A stretch of 64,000 nt of DNA from Octopus bimaculoides. Lineage: Eukaryota. A program made the position numbers and the translations under genes. Positions 36,037 to 48,064 of the stretch are shown one piece after another. The stretch is taken from the NCBI RefSeq assembly GCF_001194135.2, contig NC_068982.1, positions 46,568,000 through 46,631,999 on the forward strand, in the 5' to 3' direction. Under the pieces are notes generated by a model that worked only from the letters and a program-made list of their open reading frames with translations, had not been told where the DNA came from and searched no databases. The first letter of the stretch is position 1; every line of letters begins with the position of its first letter.

Positions 36037-38085
36037 AACTGAAATGAAGAACAAGTATATAGTGCGTGTGTTTATTTAGCATAAATAAAAAAAAAATGAT
36101 CATCCTTAAATATAACAGTGTGTGTGTGTTGTACTTCTTTGCATTTAATTCTGTCTGAAGTAGTGTGTTGAAACAGAAACAGTTGTATCATAATATAGTA
36201 CTGATAGTCATTTAGAATACATACATATACACTGTTATATTCACTTGTGTTTCATTTTGTGTTAGTACTATTTCAGTGAAAGAGTGTCAACATATATATA
36301 TGTGTGTGTGTGTGTGCGTTTATATTTACCAAGCTGGGGTAAAAATTTAGAATTTTGAAGATTAGGTCTAATCTTGTCTGATTCTATTCTACAGTTAAAG
36401 AATAAGCTGCATCAATGTTGGAAATAGAATCTTTTGAATAACTGAAATATTAAAATGGCCTGGTTCTCAAGCAGTTGATAAAAGTGAAAAATAAAAGTTA
36501 ACTTTCTTTCTTGGTTTCATCTCCACAAAAGGGCTATAGTTCTGAAAGGGCAACAATATATGTCTTGAAGTTTNNNNNNNNNNNNNNNNNNNNNNNNNNN
36601 NNNNNNNNNNNNNNNNNNNNNNNNNNNNNNNNNNNNNNNNNNNNNNNNNNNNNNNNNNNNNNNNNNNNNNNNNNNNNNNNNNNNNNNNNNNNNNNNNNNN
36701 NNNNNNNNNNNNNNNNNNNNNNNNNNNNNNNNNNNNNNNNNNNNNNNNNNNNNNNNNNNNNNNNNNNNNNNNNNNNNNNNNNNNNNNNNNNNNNNNNNNN
36801 NNNNNNNNNNNNNNNNNNNNNNNNNNNNNNNNNNNNNNNNNNNNNNNNNNNNNNNNNNNNNNNNNNNNNNNNNNNNNNNNNNNNNNNNNNNNNNNNNNNN
36901 NNNNNNNNNNNNNNNNNNNNNNNNNNNNNNNNNNNNNNNNNNNNNNNNNNNNNNNNNNNNNNNNNNNNNNNNNNNNNNNNNNNNNNNNNNNNNNNNNNNN
37001 NNNNNNNNNNNNNNNNNNNNNNNNNNNNNNNNNNNNNNNNNNNNNNNNNNNNNNNNNNNNNNNNNNNNNNNNNNNNNNNNNNNNNNNNNNNNNNNNNNNN
37101 NNNNNNNNNNNNNNNNNNNNNNNNNNNNNNNNNNNNNNNNNNNNNNNNNNNNNNNNNNNNNNNNNNNNNNNNNNNNNNNNNNNNNNNNNNNNNNNNNNNN
37201 NNNNNNNNNNNNNNNNNNNNNNNNNNNNNNNNNNNNNNNNNNNNNNNNNNNNNNNNNNNNNNNNNNNNNNNNNNNNNNNNNNNNNNNNNNNNNNNNNNNN
37301 NNNNNNNNNNNNNNNNNNNNNNNNNNNNNNNNNNNNNNNNNNNNNNNNNNNNNNNNNNNNNNNNNNNNNNNNNNNNNNNNNNNNNNNNNNNNNNNNNNNN
37401 NNNNNNGGTTATAAGCTTTCCTACTGTCTGTTTTATATATGTTCTTTAGAACTCATGTCTGTCCTTCTCTCTTGTTCTACATTTACATTATTGTAATGTA
37501 ATAATGTATGTACATGTTTTTAACCGATCAAGCTTCGACCTCTTTTGGCTGTTGCTTTGTCCTCGCGTTTTTTTTTTAACTTCTTTTTTTTTGTATTTTT
37601 TTCTATAATTTTTATTGTGCCTATACTGGCATTATATATGTACTCTTTATATGTACTGGCTTTCAGTCTTTTGGCTGAGACCATGCCGAGAGTTATGTAT
37701 ATATATATATACATATATATGTTACAAGGTTTCAGATTTTTTAGATGAGGCCCTGTTGCGTGTTATATATGTAATGTAATAGTTGATGTATGTAATTTTA
37801 TATCCCAAACGTATCCCAATGTTATTTTTTGTAAGCTTTTGTCCATGTATAAACACTTCCCAGAAACTGCACACACATTACTCTATGTAATGTATTTTCT
37901 AATAAGCAGTATCGCATCAATGATACATATATGTATATATATGTACATATGTATAATATGCATATGTGTATGTATGCTTATGCATAATATGCATACATAT
38001 ATATATATGTTTATATGTATATGGATATATGTGTATGTTTAGATATGTGTGTGTGTGTATATGGATATATGTGTATGTTTAGATA

Positions 38086-38172
<87 letters not shown>

Positions 38173-38742
38173 AGATATATGTGTATGCACACACATATTC
38201 CACTCTTCAGATGATAAAGACTCTAAGTGGTTGTAACAACAGAGATGTATGTTTGTTTCCACAAAAACAAAAAAGAAATATTCAAAAATTACCTGTAACT
38301 TCTTTTAATTTTTATTTAAAAAAAAATTATAATTTTATTTTTTATTTTTATTTTAATTTTTATTTTTTATTCTTTGTCTTTATATGGAATGAAACAAATC
38401 AGTGGTAATAAAACTGTCTGAAAGATATTGAATTTGTTGCTGTTGTTATTGTCAAATTTGGTTACAATATTTCATAGTTTATCATTTAAACTGGCCAGAT
38501 CTAACCTCTCAAGCCTACCCTACAATGTCATTCTAAAAATAGACAATCACATCATTGAAATCTTGAAATGTCTTCTATATAGGCACAGGTGTGGCTGTAT
38601 CATAAGAAGCTTGCTTTCCAGCCACATGGTTCTGAGTTCAGTCCCACTGCATGGTACCTTGGGCAAGTGTCTTCTATTATACCTCGGGCCAACCAAAGCC
38701 TTGTGAGTGGATTTGGTAGACGGAAACTAAAAGAAACCCATC

Positions 38743-38822
<80 letters not shown>

Positions 38823-39214
38823 TAGATTGGAGCCTGGTGTAGCCATCCGGTTGCACCAGTCCTCAGTCAAATCGTCCAACCCATGCTAGCATGGAAAGCG
38901 TATGTTAAACGATGATGATGATGATGATGATATGTATGTCTGTGTCCCCTAACCATTGCTTGACAACTGATGTTGGTGTGTTTATGTCCCCTATAACCTA
39001 GCAGTTCAGCAAAAGAGACCGATAGAATAAGTACTAGGCTTACAAAGAATAAGTCCTGGTGTTTCTTTGACTAAAGACGGTGCTCCAGCAACAAATAAAA
39101 GAGAATACTTGATTGAGTCAAAAGAAATTAAATAAATAAGCATTACATTTGACAGAGCAATCTTAATTGTGAATTCTTTGGCTGACTCTGTCTTCTATAA
39201 TCCCAATAAGGAAG

Positions 39215-39410
39215 TCTGTTGACCTGCTAGAAATAGTAGCTTATCTCCCTTAAATCATGCACTACAGTGATAAATAAGAATAAAATCATCTTGGATAATG
39301 TAGCCCTAGATGCACTATGTCTCTTAACAAGAGGTGATAATCACAGCTGGAATATTATTGATTATTGGTTTGTTTGTGTTCTCCTGGAGCCAAAAAACAA
39401 CAAACAACCT
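39215..39410 (+). mobile_element. Old dispersed repeat family F (GACCTGCTAGAAATAGCAGCCAAATCTCCCT... AAACAACAAC)
   Basis: Diverged relatives at about 2030-2170, 10740-10900, 11270-11345, 12100-12200, 14560-14690(-), 23040-23220, 40940-41070 and 47085-47200. Confidence 0.55.
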
Positions 39411-40004
39411 CATTTTTAAATAGATACCATACGATGTTACAACATATCTTCTCAGAAGTTGGACTACCATAAATTTCATGAGTCTCTTTTGATGTATAGT
39501 TTGGTCAGTTCTGATAAGCAGCCTTTTGATCGAAGGCCTTCTATATATTCCACCATTTATTTTATATGTGTGTATATATATATATACCTCTTTTTCTTTT
39601 ACTTGTTTCAGTCATTAGTCTGTGGCCATGCTTGGGCACTGCCTCAAAGGGTTTTAGTCGAATGGGTCAACTCCAGTACTTTTTCTTCTTTTTTTTTATT
39701 AATAAGCCCCATACTTATTCTGTTGGTTGCTTTTGTTGAACCGCTAAGTTAGAGGGACATAAACACACTAACACCGGTCGTCAGGCCAGAACCATATATT
39801 TAGAAAGCAAACTTCTTATCACACTGCCATATTGGACATTATTCAATATGTCCTACTTTTATGACTGTAGAGAGTGATTTGGCTGTTATTTCTGACGAGC
39901 TTCTTTAATTATGTTGTAGTGCTTTCTGTTTTTATTTCATATTGACAAAATAGTGGAGGAAGAATCAATAAGACCAGTATATTCAAATGTTCATTTCTTA
40001 GCCC

Positions 40005-40124
40005 AGCACTGTCATGGTATTAGCTGTCAGAAATGAAAGTAGAAAAATCCAAACAAGGAATGTTACTGCTGGTTTGAGTTGAAATCTGTTTCTTTGGCTA
40101 CTGACTGTCCGGAGCTGTCTGTCT

Positions 40125-40155
<31 letters not shown>

Positions 40156-40813
40156 NNNNNNNNNNNNNNNNNNNNNNNNNNNNNNNNNNNNNNNNNNNNN
40201 NNNNNNNNNNNNNNNNNNNNNNNNNNNNNNNNNNNNNNNNNNNNNNNNNNNNNNNNNNNNNNNNNNNNNNNNNNNNNNNNNNNNNNNNNNNNNNNNNNNN
40301 NNNNNNNNNNNNNNNNNNNNNNNNNNNNNNNNNNNNNNNNNNNNNNNNNNNNNNNNNNNNNNNNNNNNNNNNNNNNNNNNNNNNNNNNNNNNNNNNNNNN
40401 NNNNNNNNNNNNNNNNNNNNNNNNNNNNNNNNNNNNNNNNNNNNNNNNNNNNNNNNNNNNNNNNNNNNNNNNNNNNNNNNNNNNNNNATCACCGCGATAT
40501 TGCCATCGCCACCGCTACAACAGAAAATAGTATTAATTGGCTTAAGAGACATGGACTTTTAAATACCCTAAAAATATGCCCCTCGTGTGGAGCTAGCATG
40601 ATGGAAGTAGCCAAAAAGTTTTTTTTTCTAATTTGATAAATTCTACGGAAACAAACGAAGGTGGACGAGTGATAGAGAGATAGACAGACAGATAGATAGA
40701 TAGCTCCGGCCAGTCAATAGCCAAAGAAACAGATTTCAACTCAAACCAGCAGTAACATTCCTTGTTTAGATTTTTCTACTTTCGCTTCTGACAGCTAATA
40801 CCATGACAGTGCC
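40005..40813 (+). mobile_element. Merlin (IS1595/IS1016-like) non-autonomous DNA transposon
   Basis: TIRs of about 112 bp (6 mismatches) starting (A/G)GCACTGTCATGG, and a perfect 8-bp TSD CTTAGCCC (39997-40004, 40814-40821). The internal remnant at 40490-40618, ENSINWLKRHGLLNTLKICPSCGASM, resembles the N-terminal Zn-ribbon region of IS1595/Merlin transposases. The middle is an N-gap. Confidence 0.8.
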
Positions 40814-41130
40814 CTTAGCCCCTTCAACTAAAGTATGGTTACTTTATTTATTAACTTGAATCATATAAATACTAATGTTGGATTTGAACTCAGGGAGATG
40901 AAATAAATACTGCAAAGCATTCTGCCAATTTCTCTCCTTTGAACTATCAAGGTTAACTTAATTAAATTTCTCTTAAATTACATCGTACCATCTTAAAAGC
41001 AAAAGGACATACTGTCTAGTGAGATTCTAAATACAGTAGACTTGAGAAAAAAGCAAGATGGCATGGTTCTGCTCCATCAGTGTTGGCTTGGTGCTACATA
41101 AATCACCTCTGATTCCAGTTTCTTGTCGTC

Positions 41131-41560
41131 CTTTTAACATTTAAACCATCCAGAGTAAAGGGAAAAGACCCCCTTTGGTCACAACTGACCAAGGGATTGC
41201 ACCTCAAAAGTTCCCCTCCAAGGCACAAGTCCAGGCAAGGCTGTTAGTGGAAGATGAGCTGTGCCCATGCATATCAGTCTCCTGTCTCCATGCCTCCAAT
41301 GTTGTCCATGGGAAAGGCAAAGGTCAATACAGCTTGGCACCAGCAACATTGCCAACAGCTGTATCCAGCCCAAAATATTCTACCAGTTTAATGTTCAGAC
41401 TGACCAGATCTGGCCTCTCACACCTACCCTACAATGTCACTCAAAACATAAATAATCACATCATAAAAATCTCAAAGCTACAAAGATAATCCATGATTAA
41501 TTCAAATCAGTGTGAATGAATTCACATTACATTTGACAGAGAAATCTGAATGCTAAGGGA
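41131..41560 (-). mobile_element. Family E MITE interrupted by the 3' part of a family D SINE (about 41155-41355)
   Basis: CTTTTAACATTTAAACC, then an insert matching the reverse complement of 11890-12088, then the rest of the MITE ending CTGAATGCTAAGGG. Confidence 0.6.
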
Positions 41561-44032
41561 ACCCGATTCAGCCTCTTTAAATCAAAGAACTCTAATATCT
41601 AGAAACCAACATGCATGCCTACTTGCCTGTTTGCTATGGTCCTGGATAATGATAAAAGTATGTCCCTCTGTAAGTTTTTTTATCTAATTTTATTTATCTA
41701 GTGCAGTGCAGTGCTAATATTACTACCCACAGATAAAATGTTTTGCAGTATTCTGGTACCTTACATTCTGAGTTCAAATCCAACTGACATCAACTTTACC
41801 TTCATCCTTCCAAAGTTGATAAATCAAGTACCAGTTTTAAGCAGTGGAAAGGTAAAATTGTTAAAGCAACAGGCAGGATGCCTTGTATTTGCTTAGGATC
41901 TTTGCATCCTGAGTTCAAATTCCAACAAAGCCTTCTTGGGTGGTAGACCTAATTTATCATCCAATTTAACATCCACACCTGATATTTGAAGGCTTTCAGC
42001 AGAATCAACTCTGTTGCAAGCATTTTGGTTAGGTCTGATCTGATTTGAGTATAACTTCTTTCTTCACTCCAATATCAGAGGCCCTGTTTATGTACTCTCA
42101 CAAGAGATTTTTAAAAATGTATAAAACTTGAAGCCCTTTCAATTAGAAAATTGAAATCTTGACATGGTTGTCCATTTGCCTGTATTTTCCAGCACACAAG
42201 TCGAATTTTTCAAACCAAAATTTGCAACTAGAAAAAGTTATGTCAATTTATACACCAAAACAACTTTGGAGAACCAAAAATTGCATGCGAAATGCAGCAG
42301 GATTTGAAGAGACAATGACAGTGTTTTACTGTTTACATTATATGCTATGTCAGCTTGTATAGTCAAACAAACCAACCCTAAGACTTATTTTTAAGCCTCG
42401 TACAGATCAACCCCACCAGTACTTCTATTCTTTTTTAAGCCTGGTACTTGTTGCGTTGGTCTCTTTTGCCAAATTGCTAAGTTATGGTGATGTAAACAAA
42501 CCAATACCAGTTGTAAAGCAGTGGTGGGAGACAAACACAGACATAAACACACACACATATACACATACATATGTATATATATATATATATATCATCATCA
42601 TCATCATCGTTTAACATCCGCTTTCCATGCTAGCATGGGTTGGACGATTTGACTGAGGACTGGTGCAACCGGATGGCTACACCAGGCTCCAATCTAATTT
42701 GGCAGAGTTTCTACAGCTGGATGCCCTTCCTAATGCCAATATATATATATACACAACAGGCTTCTTTCAGTTGTTAAGTAGAAGACACTTGCGCAAGGTG
42801 CAATGCAGATGAAAGTGAACTCAGGACCATGTGTTTGGGAGGCAAACTTTTTACCATACAGTAAAATTACCTATAATTATTCACAAATCAGATCTATCTC
42901 TCCATTGATAAATAAAAACTGGGAAATGAGTTTGTTATAAGTTAATAAAACTGATTTATTGAAGAAAGAATTTATTTAAATAAAAACAAAATTTTTGATA
43001 GTTAAAAGGTTGGGAAACAGTGAAATATGTGATTACTTGGCCTGCTAGAAATAGCATCAAAATCCTCCTCAAAACACACAGTATAGTTTTAAACACAAAA
43101 GCGATATATTCAGTAGTGTTATCAACTTTATTAGTTTGGATAAGTTTATATGTTGTAGAGAGGGAAGTGGGATTTGGCATTTTGGTACTGGCTCTCCAGC
43201 AAAGGGGTATGACTTGTTGCTTGTGTACAACAAGTCTGTCCCTAAACATCAAATATCACTTTTTCTCACAGCATGTCAATTTCATAATGTTATGATAAAC
43301 ACATGAAGTTCATTGTATAATATTTAACAATGCAGAGTGACACCAGTTTTCTCAGACTCTCATGTTTTTTATATATTGAAGTGGCTGTTTGTAAGTAGCT
43401 TGCTTACCAACCACATGGTTCTGGATTCAGTCCCACTGTGTGGCACCTTGGGCAAGTGTTTTCTACTATAGCCTTGGGCCAACCAAAGCCTTGTGAGTAG
43501 ATTTGGTAGAAGGAAACTGAAAGAAGCCTGTCATTACATCATTTTCATCTACTAATTACTCCAGCGTACTGGAGCTATAGAGATAGAATGGGGCATGCCA
43601 ACGCTAGGCCAAAACAGCTGTAAGATTTTGTCCCTTCTCCAATTGCTAAATGTCCTTTAAATTTGAAATCTTAATTGTTGATATGACATGGTATGTCATA
43701 AGTCTCTGTATATTGTCTTTCTTGTCATTTTGGTTATAAAATAAACAGATTAATCAACGGAATACAGTGTCTGCAAGTTGATGAGTACCTCATATTCCCC
43801 TCCATTTTCTTATTTGCTATATATATATATATATGTGTGTGTAAATGGATGAATGAATTATCCTTTATTTACAGTTAACATGGAAAATTCAATAAACAGT
43901 TACCAGGGTAGCAAAATTCATGCAAGTAACAAGGATGTTCAAAAGTAGAAACTCCGGGTTAATGTGCAGTAATTTGTATAGTATAAATAAATAAATTGTT
44001 ATAATGTCTTGTTGTTGAGATGGGTTCTCTTT

Positions 44033-44117
44033 CTTTCCTGATGAGAAGATTACATTATTTTACACCGTTTATTCCTTTGGGAATAAAACCAATGTTGTCT
44101 TCAAAACATGTCGAAAG
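44033..44117 (+). ncRNA. Minimal type I hammerhead ribozyme motif, G12A-lesioned
   Basis: Helix I CTTTC/GAAAG, intact CTGATGA core, helix II GAAGA/TCTTC, AAAA in place of GAAA (consistent with CpG decay), palindromic CATG, GUC triplet. Confidence 0.6.
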
Positions 44118-44160
44118 TAAAAGAATTTGAATAACATTTGTGTTCAACTCCATTTATTTA

Positions 44161-44208
<48 letters not shown>

Positions 44209-45410
44209 ACAAGCTTCTTTCAGTTTCCATCTACCAAATCCCCTCACAAGGCTATGGTTGGCCCAAGGTTATAGTAGAAGACACTTGCCCATGTAGTGGG
44301 ACTGAACCCAGAACCATGTGGTTGGAAAGCAAGCTTCTTACCGCACAACTACGCCTGTGCTTTGTTTATAAACAAATTCCTGATTGAAAGCTACACATCC
44401 TGTGTTTGAATCAACATGTAGACCAACTACATATGTATTTTGCCTACCTGTGAGGGATGTAAAGTAAAGGTGTCTCTAAAAGTAGTTGAACTCAGAGTAT
44501 ATAGAGCTATGGTTATATACAAAATCCTTATAAAAGAAAAACGAAAACAAGAAAAGAAGTTCCCTTTGCTCTTAAGCAATTTTGTAACCATCTATTGTTA
44601 GAAAATGCTCATTCTATGGTTTCATGAAATTGTATGACTTTGGAAACCTATCTAACCCATACTGATATAGAAAAGATGATGTAATGTTTTGATTTCTTTG
44701 AATCAGAACAAAGTACGTGTTGGAAAATGTCTATTTATAGAATTATTCCATTGGGAAACAAGTACAAAAAGGAATTTTGTCCATGAGTCATAGGCAAAAC
44801 AGAAAATGTTTTGTCAGGCAAACGATTATGGATTAAATATTTTATTTATAGATTTGTAGCAAGAGTATGTTCATAGATCGCCCATTTAGGCTTAAATAGT
44901 CTGAAAATGGTTCATACACAGGTTTTCTATGATTGGTCATGTGATGGTGTATTACACTGACTGAGTCCATTGTTGAGACTGGATATGTTAAGTGTCCAAT
45001 CAAATCACATGACAAACCAACCAAGTGCGGCAAAATATTTTCACTCTCTGGAACCTTGTGGTATCTCTAGATAAGAGAATCTTTCGTGTTTTCGCCAGTG
45101 AGGTGGGAAGCTTGAGAGGGACAGGAAAGTTATTTTGCAGGTAGCTTTGACATGCTACTTTTGTTGTTGAAGCACGTCACCAAATTTCAACTGAGTTGAG
45201 AAGCTGACTTTGTATATTTTTCTTCAGGCAGTTGTCATCATGATGTAACTAACCAGTTGCTGTACTAATTCACTTAACAGTTTAATAAAATGTAGCAGCT
45301 AATTGCAACTCGTTTTCTTGTATTTCTTTCTGCTGTTTTATACACAACTCATTGGAACCAAGAACTTGTGATTATACTAGGGCCAGAAACATGCTAACCA
45401 ACCTCTTAAA

Positions 45411-45512
45411 GATTTGTAGTGGCGCGAAATTATGGCTGCCATTAAGGAAGTACAATCTACGCATGCGCAAGGGACTTGCTTTCTCAGAAGCCCCTTGAGT
45501 GCGCATGCGTAG
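45411..45512. promoter_or_regulatory. Housekeeping-type promoter motif cluster (ACTACA, E2F, YY1-like, two NRF1/EWG sites)
   Basis: ACTACAAATC on the minus strand (45411-45420), GGCGCGAAA (E2F, 45421-45429), palindromic ATGGCTGCCAT (YY1-like GCCAT on both strands, 45432-45442), and the perfectly inverted pair CTACGCATGCGCA (45457-45469) / TGCGCATGCGTAG (45500-45512). The region is locally CpG-rich and non-repetitive. Confidence 0.55.
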
Positions 45513-46870
45513 TAAAATCAGTACTTAAAGTGCTTCACGCACTTTTTAAGCCTCTTTAGTGTGATGCTTTCGACATGACAACTACTTGCTCCTTTGGCAT
45601 GCCTCAACGAAGCTCTTAATATCCAGATGCCGATCACAAGTTAACCAGCGGCTGTCAGGCTGAATGACACAGGATTGTAAAGCCAAGCATCACCCAAAAT
45701 AAAACTTATTTTTAGTATGTTGTTAATTGTTCTACTGTTTCTTAATATATAATTTTGTTGAAAGGTGATAGAGAGAGGTTAAAGTCTCTATTGCTACTAT
45801 CAACCTTTTACAGATTTATTATGTAAAACTGGATATTTAGGGTTTTCTAAGGGATGAAAAAACGTTGATCTCAGCAGGATTTGAACTCAGAATCTAAAAA
45901 TGAACTAAATACTAGAATACATTTAATTCTCCACAAAATAATGATTCTGTCAACTCACTAGCAATAAATAACTTCCCAAATATTGCCATTTTTCTGCAGT
46001 CGATAATTTAAAGTTTTAATCGAAGAAAAGATGAGATAGAAACAATGCAATCTTCTCAGTATTCTTCGAATGATCAGAATATTTAACCTGAATTTTATCT
46101 AAAAGGTCACAAGATTCATTCCAGACTGTTGTATGTACATACACAAATCATCTCTTATTCAAGTTTCAATCAAGGATGGGGAAAACTAGACATAAAGAAG
46201 AGAAAGGAAAAAAAAACGAACAATATCTAAAACTGACAGCCAATCCAGAAATAGAACAGAGGTTGACAGACAAGAAGAGAAAGAAAAAGAAAAGAAATTC
46301 AGAAGCTAAATATATTAAAAGATGTTTTCTTTCCCCTATGAAATGTTCAAAAAAAATGTCTGCTCAATTGTTTACCATTTGAGTTACTCCCCTTAGCCTG
46401 TGGCGTGATAAAGACTTTTTTAATGATTTCCAATGACAACAGAGGTAAAACATCGTTGCAAACGGCAATTATATATATTTTAAAAGAAGCGATGTTATTA
46501 CCAAAATATAGAAACCTTCTTTAACATTCTCATTTTTTTTTTAATTGTTTACACTTATTTATTAGATTGGGAGTTCTAGGCACTGCACAAGCTTTCATTC
46601 TCACTAGCAGCTACCTCCTCTTCTCTTGTGCTATTATTTCCTCATTGAGCAGATTTCAACTACAGGTGTACATTTATAAATCATCTCGGGTGTAATTCAT
46701 GTATTTCCAGTCAATTAGACAAGTCGTGTAACAGGATTATATGGTTGATAGCATCAAAAGCTTTTCAACATCGTCATGCATCATTGAATATACAATTTCA
46801 TTGCAAACTGTTTTTGATTTGTTTTTGCCCTGCTACAATGGCTTATTTACAAAGATCTACACTGCAGTGC

Positions 46871-47023
46871 CATAACCATAACCTTTTCTTTTCTTTCTTT
46901 TTTTTTGTGGTAAGGTACTCTCCACGTAGTAAGATTTGTTGATGATCCTTATCCATAACCATAACCATTTTTTTTTCTGTGGTAAGGTATTCTTAACGTA
47001 GTAAGATTTGTTGATGATCCTTA
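46871..47023. repeat. Local direct duplication (two units of about 70-83 bp)
   Basis: CATAACCATAACC-T-run-GTGGTAAGGTA...CGTAGTAAGATTTGTTGATGATCCTTAT occurs twice. Confidence 0.85.
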
Positions 47024-47824
47024 TTGCTTATCTTCTCCATGAAACAAACACCAAATGCCAAATGAGAGATCCTCTTCCAATGATTATAAGACCTGCTAGA
47101 AAAAGCAGTTAAATACCACAGGTTACTGACTTAATTAGAAGAAAGGATACATTAGACAAAGTAGCTCAACACATCCCTTACAAAAATGGTGTAATCATGG
47201 CTAGAGGGCTTATTTATAAAAAGATTTATTGCATGTAAAATTTCTTCCAACTGTAGCATTGGATTCAATCTCGTGTTTTGTGACATGGATCTCAAACCAC
47301 AGTTCAGTCTGAGATTTTATCCAATAAATGACTGTTGTTTAATGTGATAGTGGTTCATGTGGTACTTTCCATGAGTGGGGCCTATAAGTATAGCCAAAAT
47401 GAGCAGCAAAATTTTGGATCAAGTTGTGTTACACTCTCCTAATAGCTGTTCTCCCAGCTGCATATTCAATCAAAGATGATCAAATGTATATATATTTACT
47501 TGATATATACATTAACAAAACTAGCTCCGTGTTGAGTTGCTAGCAGATTCTTTTTCTGTGTATTGTATTACGTTGTGTAAAAGCTAACACTTCCTTTTTC
47601 CGAGCTGAGATTCGAAACTGAATCTAAGGATTCTTGCTTGTCTTATCTACTACTGGCCAAACAAACGCGAAAGAAATTTCTTTGTCCTGTCAAAAGTGAT
47701 GGATGGTTTTCCCTTCAACCTACAACCTGAACCGTGTCATTTAAGATTCAAGTGGACAGGAGGTGACTTTCATAAGTAGGAATTACTTCTGTGGTATGTC
47801 TGTCCTTCTAGCTGTCATGACCAT

Positions 47825-48064
47825 TATAAATACAGTCAGACATACGACAGAAAGAATTACCAGGTGAACAGCCTTGCACCAGTTAAGCAACCAACATAGA
47901 ACCATATATTCAGCATGAACGACTCAACACAACAGCAGTCACAGAACATAAACAGACACCACTGAATGACCAACACACACACAGACACAAAACATGTCCG
48001 GTTCTAGCTCATCATATCGACACAGTATTTTCCCCGTTATTTTCTTCATCAACTCGAAGTAAGT
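47825..48064 (+). promoter_or_regulatory. Possible TATA promoter and first exon of an unidentified gene
   Basis: TATAAATA at 47825, AAAAC-ATG at 47994 (MSGSSSSYRHSIFPVIFFINS), and a strong AA|GTAAGT donor at 48059. No homology recognised. Confidence 0.25.

Noticed and set aside
37520-37690. Hammerhead-like fragments on the minus strand (also 25790-25832 minus and CTGATGA at 58139)
   Set aside because: Each lacks either a recognisable CUGANGA core or helix I/III pairing, so they are too degenerate to support.
46176-46382. Lysine-rich ORF MGKTRHKEEKGKK...
   Set aside because: It is explained by a purine-rich low-complexity strand, with no splice donor or recognisable homology.
47595-47660. 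tRNA-like segment on the minus strand (GTTTCGAATCTCAGCTCGGA), and SINE heads as tRNA genes
   Set aside because: No complete cloverleaf or acceptor stem could be built. At best it is a degenerate tRNA-derived relic.
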